Made by a program: the position numbers and the translations under genes | The notes under the pieces: generated by a model | Databases searched by the model: none | The model's input: the letters and a program-made list of their open reading frames with translations, nothing else | Told to the model about the DNA's origin: nothing | Assembly: GCA_012295275.1 (NCBI GenBank) | Contig: CM022670.1 | Span: 30,690,001-30,754,000, forward strand | Source of the DNA: Chrysomallon squamiferum | Lineage: Eukaryota > Animalia > Mollusca | Direction: 5' to 3' | DNA length: 64,000 bases | Part shown: positions 1 to 14,010 of the stretch, piece after piece | Layout: the number at the start of each line of letters is the position of its first letter | Numbering within the stretch: position 1 is the stretch's first letter

Positions 1-2143
1 TATATAAAATATAGGTAAATGGAAGGACAGAATAGAAGAAAATATTATAAATAAAATATCTGTAATTGGATATGAAAGTATATATTTTTAAAATGTCTCA
101 GTCCATGCAAATGCAGAACTACTACTGCTGCTGTTGCTGCTGCTACTACTATTACTACTACCAATAATAATAATAATAATAATAATAATAATTATTATTA
201 TTATTATTATGTACATTATATATGTTTGTATGTATGTATATTAATAGTTATACTTCCGAAATTCATTTTAGTTTTGATCAAACATACTACTTATGTACGA
301 TTTACTTAAATCCATGAAATATTATTCATAATACTGTTGACTGTAATAATTTTAACTTACAAAAAACAAAAAACAAAAACATTATATCAAACACTTCGTA
401 ATCCAAATTTTTTACAAATCTGTAACCAACTGATATAATGTACGAGGAAAATGTGTTTTCATTCTCGCTGTTAATATGCGTGATGCAATTAAAAGACCAA
501 AAACGTTTTCATAAATCTCAAACAGTTTTAATATAATAAATCGATAAAATAAATTATTGACTATTTTTGGCTTCTAACCGAGTTTGTTAATTAAGTAAAT
601 TTGATCTGATTAAAGTTGCAGTTAATGTAGAACTTTCGCACCTGTCTTAAATAATTATCTTGGCCATAGAAAATCTTCAAACTTTTCAGAAAAAGAAATA
701 TTCTAGTAAATAATAAAAAAAAGTTTTTTTTTTTTTTTTTTTTTTTTGGTCTTTTTTTTCATACTATTCAAACAGCATTTATGTAACATGATGGTGTTTA
801 ACATTATTGAAAAGTTGGTAAGTGAAAAATTGGAACTCTTTATTTTTGAAACCTTCCTATCTAACACTGATTGTGCAGTTCAAAATAATGTTAAAAAACC
901 CAATAAAATACCCCCCCCAAAAAAAAAAAACACATTGAAATTATGTCTCGAGGTGTTTTTGTCAATTCGCAAATATACATTTTTCGTAGAATTTTCTAGA
1001 AGATTTGTTCTCGCACTTTAATTCTTGTGATTAAATATACTGTGATGACGGGAAGGAAATTCCTGTTCTATCAATACGTATTTTACGATACTAAAAACAC
1101 CCACACATTAACTAATTAAATTTCCATCACATAGAGAGGCGTGGTGTTTCAATCTTTTTAAAAGAATAAATATTTCACTTTACGATTTGAAATCGATGAT
1201 GTTAGCACTTTCTATTGTGGTCTAAATCATAACTGCTGCTTGGAGTTTCCGCGTACAATATAATTCCCTTTAATAACTACACTTTTTAAAAATAGTTTTC
1301 TGGTTTCATCAAGTTTAAATGGTAAATACTGACTGAAACTATACCAAACGAACGAATAAATATTTAAATATTTGTCTAACACAGTGCCTTAACATAGTTT
1401 AATATTAACTTATGTTAGATCTCAAACACACATATATGTTTTCAAATAATGCTGAGAGGAAAGACGAAATCCGTTGTTACTGTTTCATGAAGTAATCGTA
1501 AAAATTAGTACTAAGGTTTGTTTCATTTACGACTTCCCACAGACATAAAAATGCAACTCTTAATAAAACAACCATATGTGACTAGAACAAGAAACAGGAA
1601 AACGTATAGTACGATGTTTCATAGTTAAGTACGAGTCACTGACTGAAATTTGAAACACCGAGCAGGAAAGATCCCGCAACCTATCAGGAGCTCTAAACAC
1701 TCTTTTCCTGGCTGAAACACTGGGTCATCTATTTTTCTTAAAATGATAGATTAATTCTTCTAATGGTTAATCAGAAAATCTCTTGGGAAATAGAGACGAT
1801 GCTTATCTATAATTAATCATGAAGGTGTGCTGGAATGAATTTAACTTATTTGGAATAATATAATAATGATTATTGTTTATGTTTAATTTTAAAGTCATGG
1901 TGGTTGTAGTTTACGAATTACGTTCTTATATCCTTCTTAGATGTTTTTACATTTATTTGTTTGATGCTAATGCACTTACAATCACCGACGTTTACCTGGA
2001 TAACTTTAAAATTTAATTAGTTTCTTCACCTTTGCTGCCACTAGAAAGTTTGCTTTAAAACCATCAGTTTGACGTTAAATATAAGTTAGTTATGCTTTGG
2101 GTATTCCAGAGAATTTAATTATTTCTTTTTCATCATGTTTACA

Positions 2144-2289
2144 TATGTGTATATGTATGTATTTATGTATGCATGTATGTATGTATGTATGTATGTATGT
2201 ATGTATGTATGTATGTATGTAGGTAGGTAGGTAGGTAGGTAGGTAGGTAGGTAGGTAGGTAGGTAGGTAGGTATGTGTGTGTGTGTGTG
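2144..2289. repeat. Compound microsatellite (TATG)n(TAGG)n(TG)n
   Basis: Directly visible. Confidence 0.95.
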
Positions 2290-3108
2290 ATTGTTTGTTT
2301 CCACAGACCAAATAACCCAGAAAATTCTCTTTAAAATATAATTCGTTACATATCAATTTCAGTGAAATATTTTCAATATATCTAAACTATACTCAGACGT
2401 TTTATTATTATTAATTTATTTTTGTTCAGTAAAGTAAATTGCTCTGAGAAAAAGCACTTTAAAACATAATTACTATAGTAAAAGATACCACAGGCTAACT
2501 GAAAATAATTTTCCTGTTTAAAGACATCAAATAAACGTTTTACCTTGTTTTTGATGAGTCGGTTTTCAAAAGTATGTTTAGCAAATGAGATTAGTTTTCA
2601 ACGAAACTGCAGTACACCAAGAATACCGCTGTTAAATATTTTTGTGGCCGCATCGTGAAACAAGAAAAACATGAATAATCGTTAAGATGACCATTATATA
2701 GATGGCCTTGCGAGTAAAAACAAATAAACAAACAAACAAACACCTTCTGATCAAGAATCATGATGAGTCATTTCTATTTATAAATAATCTTGTTATTTTT
2801 AACGTTGTTAATGAATATAATATATATTCAATTTAATATTAACAAATAAACAAGCATGATATGCTTGAGATATTTAACTGAAATTTTCACATTGAAACTA
2901 AACTCTTGCTAAAACTCTACAGAATTTGAAGTATTGTATCCTTTTGAATTAAATATCTTCTCCTTTTTTATCGTTTATAAATATATTATTGCGTTCATTA
3001 TTATTATTAAATTCATTATAAAACTAAGTTCAGACTGAAAAATGTTTTTTCGAGTATTATAGATATTGTAAGCAATCGGAGAACACCAAATTATTAACTA
3101 CTATATAA

Positions 3109-3114
<6 letters not shown>

Positions 3115-3169
<55 letters not shown>
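3115..3169. repeat. Poly(A) tract, about 55 nt
   Basis: Directly visible. Confidence 0.95.
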
Positions 3170-3170
<1 letters not shown>

Positions 3171-3894
3171 AAGACAATTTCATAACATGTATAGAAAGTA
3201 ATACTCAATAACACAATAATACTAAATAAAAATTTAGAAAATCTAAAATGTAAAATGAAAGAAAACCGTAGACAGGCAGAGTATGTAAGCTAATTGTATT
3301 GCTTTAAACATGTTTAAAATTATTAATCTATACAACTGCATGTTGTTAAAAACTTTTGAGAGATAAACATCATTTCCTTGATTCGCTGGATGTATTGTTT
3401 GGTATCATAAACGATCTGCAAACATGTCGAGATAATAGGTTGTCCATTACGACAAAGTCAGTATCTATCATAACCCTGGAGAGAAAACATTGTTACTGCT
3501 TTATTTCATTTGTTATAAAATTACAGTTTAATATTTTAAATGTTTCAACAGATATAAAAATGATTGTCTTTATGTTGTTACATATTCTAGGTAACGACTG
3601 CGTCATAATAACGACCATGAATGTCGTCGTGGGCTGATTATTATTGCTGTGTAAATAATTTTAAAATTATATTTATAAAGGAGCTTCAGAAAATGATGAC
3701 TTTGAAAAATGGTAGAAAATAAAACAATACTTGCTCAGTTTAAATTTTAACTGAAAAAGGATTATAATCTACAATATGTTTCTTAATTAATTTCTAAAAA
3801 CATAATATTTAATCATTTATTTACTGTTTTAACCATCCCCTACAAAAATCCAGTTTTAGCTTCTTCAGTTGTTGTTTAAAATTACGTTTTTTTT

Positions 3895-3938
<44 letters not shown>

Positions 3939-5127
3939 GTGAATGTATATACGTATATGTATGTGGCGGACGTAGTGAACATCTGTTACCAAATATAACA
4001 TATTTTCAATAAAGCAAATTATATATTTGGTATGTGTCCGTACATTTGTAAGTGTGTACAGTTATTTATATATTTATACAAGTGTACAGTTATTTATTTA
4101 TTTCATGAATACATTAATACAGTTAACATAAAACAAAAATTCATATAGTATCATGACTACACTAAAAAGATGACAAATCAGATTTAGTCCGAATCAAGTT
4201 GACAACTATTGCCAATGAAGACAAATTATATCTGGCGTATTGATAAACACGTCGAATAGTGTCAGTAGAAAAGATCATTCATATCTGAAATGGCACCTAC
4301 ATGTACACACAGATACCCAAACACATAATTACATACATATATATTCTGATATACATACACACGCATACATAGATAAATATATACATACACACACATACAT
4401 CCATCCATATCTATCTATCCATCCATCCATCCATCTATCCATCCAAACACGCATTCACACATAAATACATACAAATATACACATACACAGACACATATAT
4501 ATTTATGCTGTGTCACAACAGCGAGAGAGCGAGAAAACGAACACCGTAACTGACATTTTCACAACCTAACTGATTATTTTTCACAAACATAGACAAACTA
4601 GCATATATATATACTTGTAGAGAGAAAGATCTATAATCAATATTTAAAAACAAAAATGATATAAACAGTTATAAAATCCGAAATAAAATAAAACAACAAT
4701 AAAAATAACAACAATAACAACAGGAACAGCAGCAACAATAATAATAATAATAATATTAATACTAATACTAATACTGATACTAATACTAATAATACTACTA
4801 ATAATACTACTAATAATAATTATAATAATTTAATAATTTAATAAGAATAAATAAAAATAAACAACGACATTGTCTGTCACTAAAGAACATGGAATTAATT
4901 AATATATAACGAGAGCCAGCACAGATATAACCAATGATCATTTGTTAGAAAGTATGTAAACTATTTCTGTTAGTAGAAACTTATTATTAAAAATGTAAAA
5001 TAAAAATGATAACAATAATAATAATAATAAGGGGAAGAAGAAGAAGAAGAAAGAAGAAGAAGAAAAAGAATAAAAAGAATCACATCGGAAACAACGATTA
5101 ATTATACTCTACACTATATTTACATAC

Positions 5128-5367
5128 CTTTAAGATATCAACTGGGAAGTGTTCCTGTAAGTAGAAATTGCTCAGACTTAGTATACTGTCTTCTGTCTTC
5201 GGAGATGTAATTTCAGCTTTCCTGATAAAACATCCCCTCAGTCCTTTAAAACATTTTCGTTCGTTCTCCGGTGTTTCCATCGGTCTTAGAAATGTAGAGA
5301 AAACATTCAAATTATCCCCTTTACAAGCAGAACTATCTGACTGTGAAAGTTTATCATTTCTTCCAAT
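5128..5367 (-). CDS. Second exon homologous to TRPA1 exon 1 (in-frame ATG at 5280, or spliced in through the acceptor at 5368)
   Basis: Open frame IGRNDKLSQ...KTEDSILSLSNFYLQEHFPVDILK ending AAG|GTATGT phase 0. The last 18 aa align ungapped with ISLSVFCLLQESPYHIIQ (7 identities). Confidence 0.65.
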
Positions 5368-6056
5368 CTGTACTTGAAGCGATAAACAAATAGTCTACCT
5401 GTTCATCATCAGTTCATCCACCGCGATTAATGTAACCTGAATTGACCTGTTCCACCACAGTTCCGTTAATTGTGCCCGTTATCGAGTGTTTCTCTCAGGC
5501 TATGGCACATTCTGTCAAAGGTACTCAACGCCATTACCCAAGTCACCGTAATATACTATTTGCGATGGATAATTTGAATCGGTTAATACTTTTGTCATTT
5601 CTCGAGAAACGATTCGACCAAATTATGCGCTACTTTTGGTCGCTCATCGATATACAAATCTCCTGGGACAAATTGGTTGGATGTAAAAAATGTGTTACCT
5701 TTATTGAATGGACGGTCTAAAATGCGCAAGACACCACGTTTTTTGTATTATAACATTGTACGTTAAAACAAAAATATTTAAAGTCATTTTACCTCCTACC
5801 AAGTATCATTTGTTTCTAATCTCTCTGTGAGTATAGGAATATTCTAGAAATACTGTATACTAAGGTTAGATAATTACGTTTCTCTATCTGCTACTTTGTA
5901 TTATAGATTTTATCTCATTTCATCTCAATATCACAGTTATTTTGTAAAATACTGTTTCAAAATTTACAGTTAATCTGGTTACAACATTATCTCTGTATGT
6001 GTGTCATTTGCAAAAATAATATCAGTGAAATAATTTAATTAAAAAGAAAAATATGG

Positions 6057-6060
<4 letters not shown>

Positions 6061-6153
<93 letters not shown>

Positions 6154-6168
6154 TCCTCCTCCTCCTCC
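6061..6168. repeat. (CT)n followed by (CCT)n
   Basis: Directly visible. Confidence 0.95.
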
Positions 6169-7045
6169 GCGACAATATCATAATTTCTTTTTTTCTCTCT
6201 CTCATTTTCATTCGCGATATGTACGCGGTTTGATATGGTTATTTGTGTTCGTGTGTGTGCATATAAATATAGTGTTTGTTTGCGCTTTTTATATAATTTG
6301 CGAAATATTTTACACATAAAACTTGACATCATATTAGAAATAAACTTACACATGTTATTCGCCGCATCAGTAAACAGAAGTCAACAACATTCTTTTGCAT
6401 AAATCTATTTGTGTAAGCTTACTATTTAAACACAGAAGGAAATAAAAATGGAAAATACATACAAAAAATTATTATAAAACTCAGACTTTCTAAACAGTAA
6501 TTTCAAACTCCGAATGAATAATATTAGCAATAACTTTCTTTCATTTTCTTTCTAAACCGCTAACCCTGATAACAAGTAATGGAAATAAGACTCTAGAAAA
6601 CAAGCCAATAGCTGTACATACGATACAGTCTTTCAGAACATTATGAACATGGTACTGTTTCACATCACATCGAGAAAATCAACAGATAATTAATTCAACT
6701 TGTTCCTGTTTCAGAATCTCTTGACTATTCTCTCCGAGTTTATTTGGTACAATTAAATTATCGCCAAGTATTGCCTTATTGTTGTTTTAATCCGCGTGAT
6801 TGTACTAATTAATTTTACATTTTGTTTCCTGTTACTTTTTATTATTATTATTATTATTATTATTGATTTTTTTTTCTGTTATAACGTACATTTTTTTGTG
6901 CACATATTATATAAATAGGATAACGGTAGTACAAATGTGTGTATATATTATGCATGTATTATGCATGTATTAGAAAGTTTTGGTAATTTTAATTTCAATA
7001 ATTATTGAAAATGATTATTTACTAGTATAAAATATTTTATTAAGA

Positions 7046-7084
<39 letters not shown>

Positions 7085-7580
7085 ATTAATTAATTAATTA
7101 ATTAATTAATTAATCAATCAAAAGGTTGCCTGGGTTAGCATTCGTAATAGAACATATTAAAACTTATGAAACTGTTTAAAGCAAAGTGGCATTATGAATT
7201 CATGTTACATGAATTAATATTAAATTATATTTCTAAAACTTTTCTTAAGCAGTATGTTGCTTTGATCGCATATACGATACTGATCGATAGAAAATGTATA
7301 TAAATGGTTTAAATGTGTACCATCCCTATTAAAGTCACTCTAGATTTATAACCAGTCGTAAAATATTGTCAAGAAAACTGTAAACAGGAAATAAATATTT
7401 AAATAATTGCATTTAAATAATTGTTTAAGCAATAATGTACTTATTGCCAGTTATATTTAATTCAAACTGATATATAGCGAATATCTTTCCATTTAATGTA
7501 CTTGCTTGCTTTTTATTATTATACTAATTTGTATTTTATTATTATTATTATTCTTATTATTCTTATTATTCTTATTATTC

Positions 7581-7611
<31 letters not shown>

Positions 7612-10538
7612 AATAGCCGTTAGCATTTTAATAAAAACTATATTTCAATGGACCACAGGACGCGAGGATAATTAATCCTGAGAATATCAGATAAGAGAAA
7701 ATCTCAGTGGGTTTATTTTATATTATTATTATTTATTATCATATAGATTTCTAGTTTTATACTTGGCTCACAGATGTCACGGTATTAAATTAGTTACTGA
7801 TCAGTAAAATATTTCAATAGTAATGACCGGACAATGTGTTTCATAAAGTCTTAATGAAGTTTGAACATTTTCAAGCTATTTGTCCCTAGCGACACCTCGT
7901 TGCTAATAATAAAGTGCGACGGTAATATAACAAGAATGCATAGATACCAGCATTTTTTTTTAAATTTATATATATATATATATCTTGACGTCACTTTGTA
8001 GATTGAAAATTTTATATATATAAAAGCCTAAAAGGTCAGATTCATATTTTCTATTTCAGTTTAAGAAATTATACCAAGACAAAAAGTGGAAAGGTCAAGA
8101 CCTCTGCATTTTAACAAGAGTATTATTTGCGAATTATTTTTGTTGCTGCTGCTGTTGTTGTTGTTCTAAGTTCAGTTCCAGTGACCATTTCCTTCCTAAG
8201 GTTAATTTTCTAACCACTACTTAAACTGACTAGTAGTCTAACTGTGACTCTTTATTCTGCCGCTAACAGATTTCGTTGGAGACAACCTTTTATCTTAATA
8301 TGTATTCGTCTTAAAATCTGCTCTGAATTTCAAGTTAAAACTAAAAAGAAAAGAAAAAAGTTTTCTAGCGTTTGATATCCTCCATCTTTCTCATATCCAG
8401 TTTGTAGGAAAAAATAAACAACGAATAGTTACAGAAAGCAACTATAATATTATGAATAAAGTAAAATAAAATATAATTCAGAATCATTGTTGTAAAAAAA
8501 TATATAGATCCAGAATTAAACATTTACACTAATATAGTCTGAAAATAATATAAAAACAAGTTAAATTGTATGTTTATAATATAGCGTTAACTAATTTTGG
8601 TTTAATCAAATATTTGTAATAACGGGTTGGAATAAATGTTATGTGTGTCAAACAGTTTAAACCAAAAAAATTAAAAATTGGAACATCAGCAAATATCTGA
8701 TATCATTTTATTGTCTTGTGTTTATTACTTAGTTCTTTTCATCTATATACGGTTTGAACTATTACACATATGTTCCAAATTTCTGTTGTATTCATAAGAT
8801 GTCGAGACTGAAGTACAGGTAAAACTGTCCAGAGTAACAAAAATATTCATATACAAATTACACACTAACTGCCTGACCTTAATCCAAATAGACAAAAACA
8901 TCGGGTTGTTTGTGTGAAACAATTTATTTTCAATTAACCTGAATTAAAGGATCATTATTTTGTAGGAGGGAGTTCTTTTTATCAGAGAAACGTCTAAAAA
9001 CACTTTCAGTTTATTTATGCATCGTTTAAGTAGACTTGTGAATAATGTACTAAAACTAGTACGCGACTTCCCTCTCTAAATTCCAAACAACATTTATTTT
9101 GCAGGAAATAAACATCAACGTTACTTAATCTTTTACAAAATCTAAAAGAGATAACCATTCAGTTTTACTTGATAAATGCTACGAACGTACTGAAATGTAT
9201 CTTTAAATGGAAAAAGTTTCAGAAGAAAAAGAAAAGTTTTCATAATGTTTCCTAGACAGTTGCAATAATCTCTCATCTTCTGGTTATTTGATTTTTACGA
9301 TTTATTTTTTTATTTTTTTTTGTTTTTCATTATTTATCTAGCTACTGATTTATTTGACAATAAGCGTCCTTCAGATAAAGAATATACTCCATAGATACGT
9401 GACAGGAACACAAAGATAAATCCGTTAAAATTAATTATCACTGGTTTTACTAATAAATTGCATAATCAAAATGCATCTGGATGAGTTCTGTTTCAGTACT
9501 TTAACATATCTTGGGTGATTTGTATTTATGAAAAAGCATGCTCAAGGCCACAAATATTTTTATTTTTGACAATCTATAATTCTACATTACACCATCTATG
9601 TAAGATTTAGCCATAGGCTTTGATATATCTGATGGTATAATTGGATAATGTGCCACAAGAGACACGCTTCAACCTTCAGTGAATGTAAGCATGTGCTAAG
9701 AAATTAGTATATTTTGTAATGTAATTCAATATATCAAGTTAATTACTGAATTTAATATATATTAATGAAGTTTGATTGTATGTAAGGATAATGAAGAATA
9801 TGACTCAGAAAATAAGCTTATTTTATATGAATGTATTTGTGAAATATCTACATCTATGTATTTCGGTGTCTACATTGATGGGGTTTTATTTGTGGGTGTA
9901 TGGCTACTTTAATGAAATCGAGGACTGAATGAAAACAATACACTTTGATATAAGAAATATTCTTACTATCAGTTTTGATGCGTCTGTTTCTTATATATTT
10001 GTAGCCGTTTTAATTAAATTGCGGATTAAATTAACTCATTGCCTTATTAATTTATTTCTAAGTTGTTATTTGAATATTATTTGAATTAGTTTTGGTGCAT
10101 CGATATATGATTTTACTTGCAGTACAAGTGATGATGTTCACTCCTCTTGCATAACGTGGAGAATTAAATAAGCCAGGGATGAACAGAAACGACCTCTTCA
10201 ACGTGTGTCTATCTAAAACAACAAAAAAGTAAGTTATAAAAATTTCTCAAAATAGATATTCTTTGTTAAGTATTTCAAAACTAAATTGTTAACTTTTGTG
10301 CAGGAAACTGTTTTTAGAATGAAAGAAAACATTTTATGATGATTTTTATTCCGTTTTTACTTTATTTATTTCAGTAAGGTTTCTGATTCATAGTTTCACC
10401 TCTTTTATTATTTTTCTTACTCGAGATCACTGTACTGGAAAGCACAGAACGAAATAATATAATAAAACTTATTCTGTAATAAAAAATGGCTGAAATGTAA
10501 ATTTTATGTTGCATTATGATTCATAATGAAGAGGAGGA

Positions 10539-10643
<105 letters not shown>

Positions 10644-13128
10644 AAAACCTTTTTCTTTCAGCGATGTACGAAATATCTTGTAATTTAAGCATAATATTTC
10701 TTCTTTTCAAAATCATTGTCCAGATCACATCAGACTGTATACAGTGAGTCTTATTTATATATATAAAGCAAATTTGAGATATGGTAGATATGGCACGTAA
10801 TACTTGAAAGGGACAATTTTTGCGAACAAAAAAAAAGAAAAAAAAGAGACAGATGTTCAGACAGGAGTGCAGTTTGATAGCTTGTTCTGAGAGCTATTTT
10901 TCAAAGATACCCCTGGATGGCAAAATTCAAACAAGGTTCGAACCAGCTTGTATTTTATGTAAAGTATCCCATGTCTGAAAAAGCAATAAATTAATGTTTG
11001 CTTTATGTGCTATATATGTAACTTTAGAATGAATATCCTTTTGTTTCTATCATTCTGCAAATTAAACAAAATTGATTTGTGTTATTTACTTCATTCAGTT
11101 GGGCATTAACACGCGGTTATTAATATTAATGAACCTTCTGTTGGGAAATGAAAAGAGACTCATTTCAGAGGTGTGATGCGTTACGGTCGTGCAGCAAAAG
11201 ACAAATAATTGATGATTTTCCACAAACATGAAGAGAAACAAACGAGAGTCACTGAGTATGATAGTTTGTTTCTCTCTGGGTTTATATTACTTTTTGTGGA
11301 TTTATTTGAATTGTAGTATATTTGTATTCTTATCAGCTGGCTGAATGTTGTTTTTACGTAATTATTGCTATACAACAAATGATGCAACCACCACCACTAC
11401 AATAAATATCACCACGCTACATCACCACTATCATTATACTACTACTGCTACTACAACTTCGGCTACTACTACTGCTACTACTATAACTACTGTTGCTGCT
11501 ACTGCTGCTGCTGCTTTTACTTCTACAATAACCACTTCAGTTATTTATAAATCGTAAGAAAAATTAGCCAAAATACCGATAAATGCATGATAATACTCTA
11601 CCATGGACACATACAATATAATGAAGTGTATGTAATACACGTGTATTGCCATTTTATCTTTTAATGATGCGTATCTGTGAGGTTTATTTTATAAATTTCG
11701 GACTTTATTTATTTATTTAATTAATTAGTTATTTTATTATTGTTGAGGTTGTTTTTATTATCATCATCATTAATTTTTTTAATTTTAATTATTTTTAATT
11801 TTTCATATTATTTATTTATTTATTTATTAACTTATTTCAGTTTTATATTTTGTTATTTGTTTTCGGAACTATATTACAAAAGCTCGGAAGCTGAGATCAT
11901 GGACCAGATAGAAACAATCAGCTACATATATTAGATTCAGATATGTTTCTGAATAGTTAATTATACGTCATTTTCATTAAAGCTGTATATGCCAACATCC
12001 ATTTTTTTTTTTTTTTTCTGTCTGTGGTTTTGTTTATTTATATATCAGACGTAAACGTCTCCGAGCGAATGTTACTTCTTGACCAGCTGTCTATAGTTAT
12101 GTGCGGACAGTGGATGTTTTCAATCAGTGAACGCATGCCTGGTTCTCGTTATTGTAACACTTATGTTTCAAAGTTACCAATTAGGACTTTTTCACTCTTA
12201 TTTCTACCAAGAAAAACAAAATGAAGAGGAACGAAACGAAACCGTAAACAATAGATGAAGTATCCAAGAAATTCATATTAATAGTTTTGGAACGTTTGTG
12301 TATTTGAGAACAAAGAGGTAACAAGAGAGAGAAAGAGAATGTGATATCAGTATAGACAGACAGATAAATAAACAAACTGAAAGACAGACAGACAGATAAA
12401 CAGATTAGGAGAAATGGCGCAAATAAACAAAAAGCTAACGTTTTGAGTAAAAGAGGCAAAACAGCATTAAGAAGAATCAACAATTAATGAATCTGTTTTT
12501 ATTTTGTGGGTAGATGAATTTATGTAGCGTATGAGTGTCTTTGTTGTGTATGTAGTTTCTGAGTGCCTTTGCGTATAGATATCTGAAATAATTTTGCAGT
12601 AGGTGTACACTTTATTTTGAAACTGATATTTTCTGAAATTATTATGTAACTGAAACTATAAATTTAGGAACATTAAAAGTAATTCAGTCGTGATGTTATG
12701 AAGTTGTTTCTATACACAGTTAAAACTTTTCTATTTTACATAAAAAAACAGTTACGGCTGAATTCACTGCACTGGATGGTATACACAACAACTGCAAAAC
12801 TGCGACATAAACAAAAACAACAGCAACAACAGTAACAAATCTCAAAATATATTGTGTATCCCAGATGAAATTAGAATATTTATTTTATTGTGTTTATTTC
12901 TTTGAAATGTTCAATCGACTTTCCAAATCAACATAATAAGCGTTAATATTTTAGCTCTGTTGTGATGAACTGATGATGAAATGAGATTGGTGAAAACTAA
13001 AACTGTATATCTGCTAAATATTTAATAAGATGAAATGTCATATAATCTGCATAAAACTGTAAGTTAATTAATATTCACATTCATCCTCTTTAATTCATTC
13101 TTTCTCCCTCTGTCGTACTATATTTCTT

Positions 13129-13130
<2 letters not shown>

Positions 13131-13194
<64 letters not shown>

Positions 13195-14010
13195 ATCTCT
13201 TTTTCTTTCTCTCTCTCTTTCTCTCTCTATCTCTTTTTCTTTCTCTCTATTTCTCTTTCTCTCTCTTTGTTTCTCTCTCTATTTCTCTCTCTCTTTCTCT
13301 CTCTCTGTCTGTTTCTTTCTCTCTCTATTTCTCTCTCTCTCTTTGTTTCTCTCTCTCTATTTCTCTCTCTATTTCTCTCTCTCTATCTCTGTTTCTTTTT
13401 CTCTCTATTTATCTCTCTTTTTCTCTCTATTTCTCTCTCTCTGTTACTCTCTCTATTTCTCTCTCTTTCTCTCTCTTTCTCTCTATTTCTCTCTATTACT
13501 CTCTCTATTTCTCTCTCTATCTCTATTTCTTTCTCTCTCTCTATTTCACTCTCTTTCTCTTACTCTCTTTCTCTCTCAAAATGAAAGTAAAATAAAAATC
13601 AACAATAAATAAATAAATAAAATAAAATAAAATAAAATAGTATATGAAAATACAAAAATAAAATGTATTTCATAATCATCTATCTATCAATCTATCTATC
13701 TGTTTATCTGTCTATCTATCTATCTATCTATCTATCTATTTATCTATCTATCTATCCTTCTGTCTATCTATCTATCTATCTATCTGTCTGTCTATCTGTA
13801 TATGCAAATGTTTGTATTTATGTATATGTAGATACACACTCACCAACAAAAACATACAGACATACACATATATATAAACATATTTATCGTATACATGCAT
13901 GTATGTATGTATTATCTCTTTATATATCTATTTCTCTATCAGTCTATCTATCTATCTCTCTATCTATCTATCTAACTATCTATCTATATGTCTGTCTGTC
14001 TGTCTATTTA
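13131..14010. repeat. Long imperfect (CT)n polypyrimidine tract followed by (TATC)n arrays
   Basis: About 450 nt of CT-rich sequence, then TATC repeats. Confidence 0.9.

Noticed and set aside
1630-1712. Minus-strand PGKECLELLIGCG after a TTTCAG, superficially ankyrin-like
   Set aside because: No TPLH-type half, stops close on both sides, no match to any TRPA1 exon junction.
3360-3490. Strong minus-strand acceptor TTTTCTCTCCAG as possible exon 2 of the left gene
   Set aside because: Phase-0 reading stops after 5 codons (GYDRY*), the other frames also close, and there is no ankyrin similarity.
5442-5720. 92-aa plus-strand ORF in a GC-enriched patch
   Set aside because: Non-ATG start, no recognisable domain or splice support; more likely the 5' region of the minus-strand exon.
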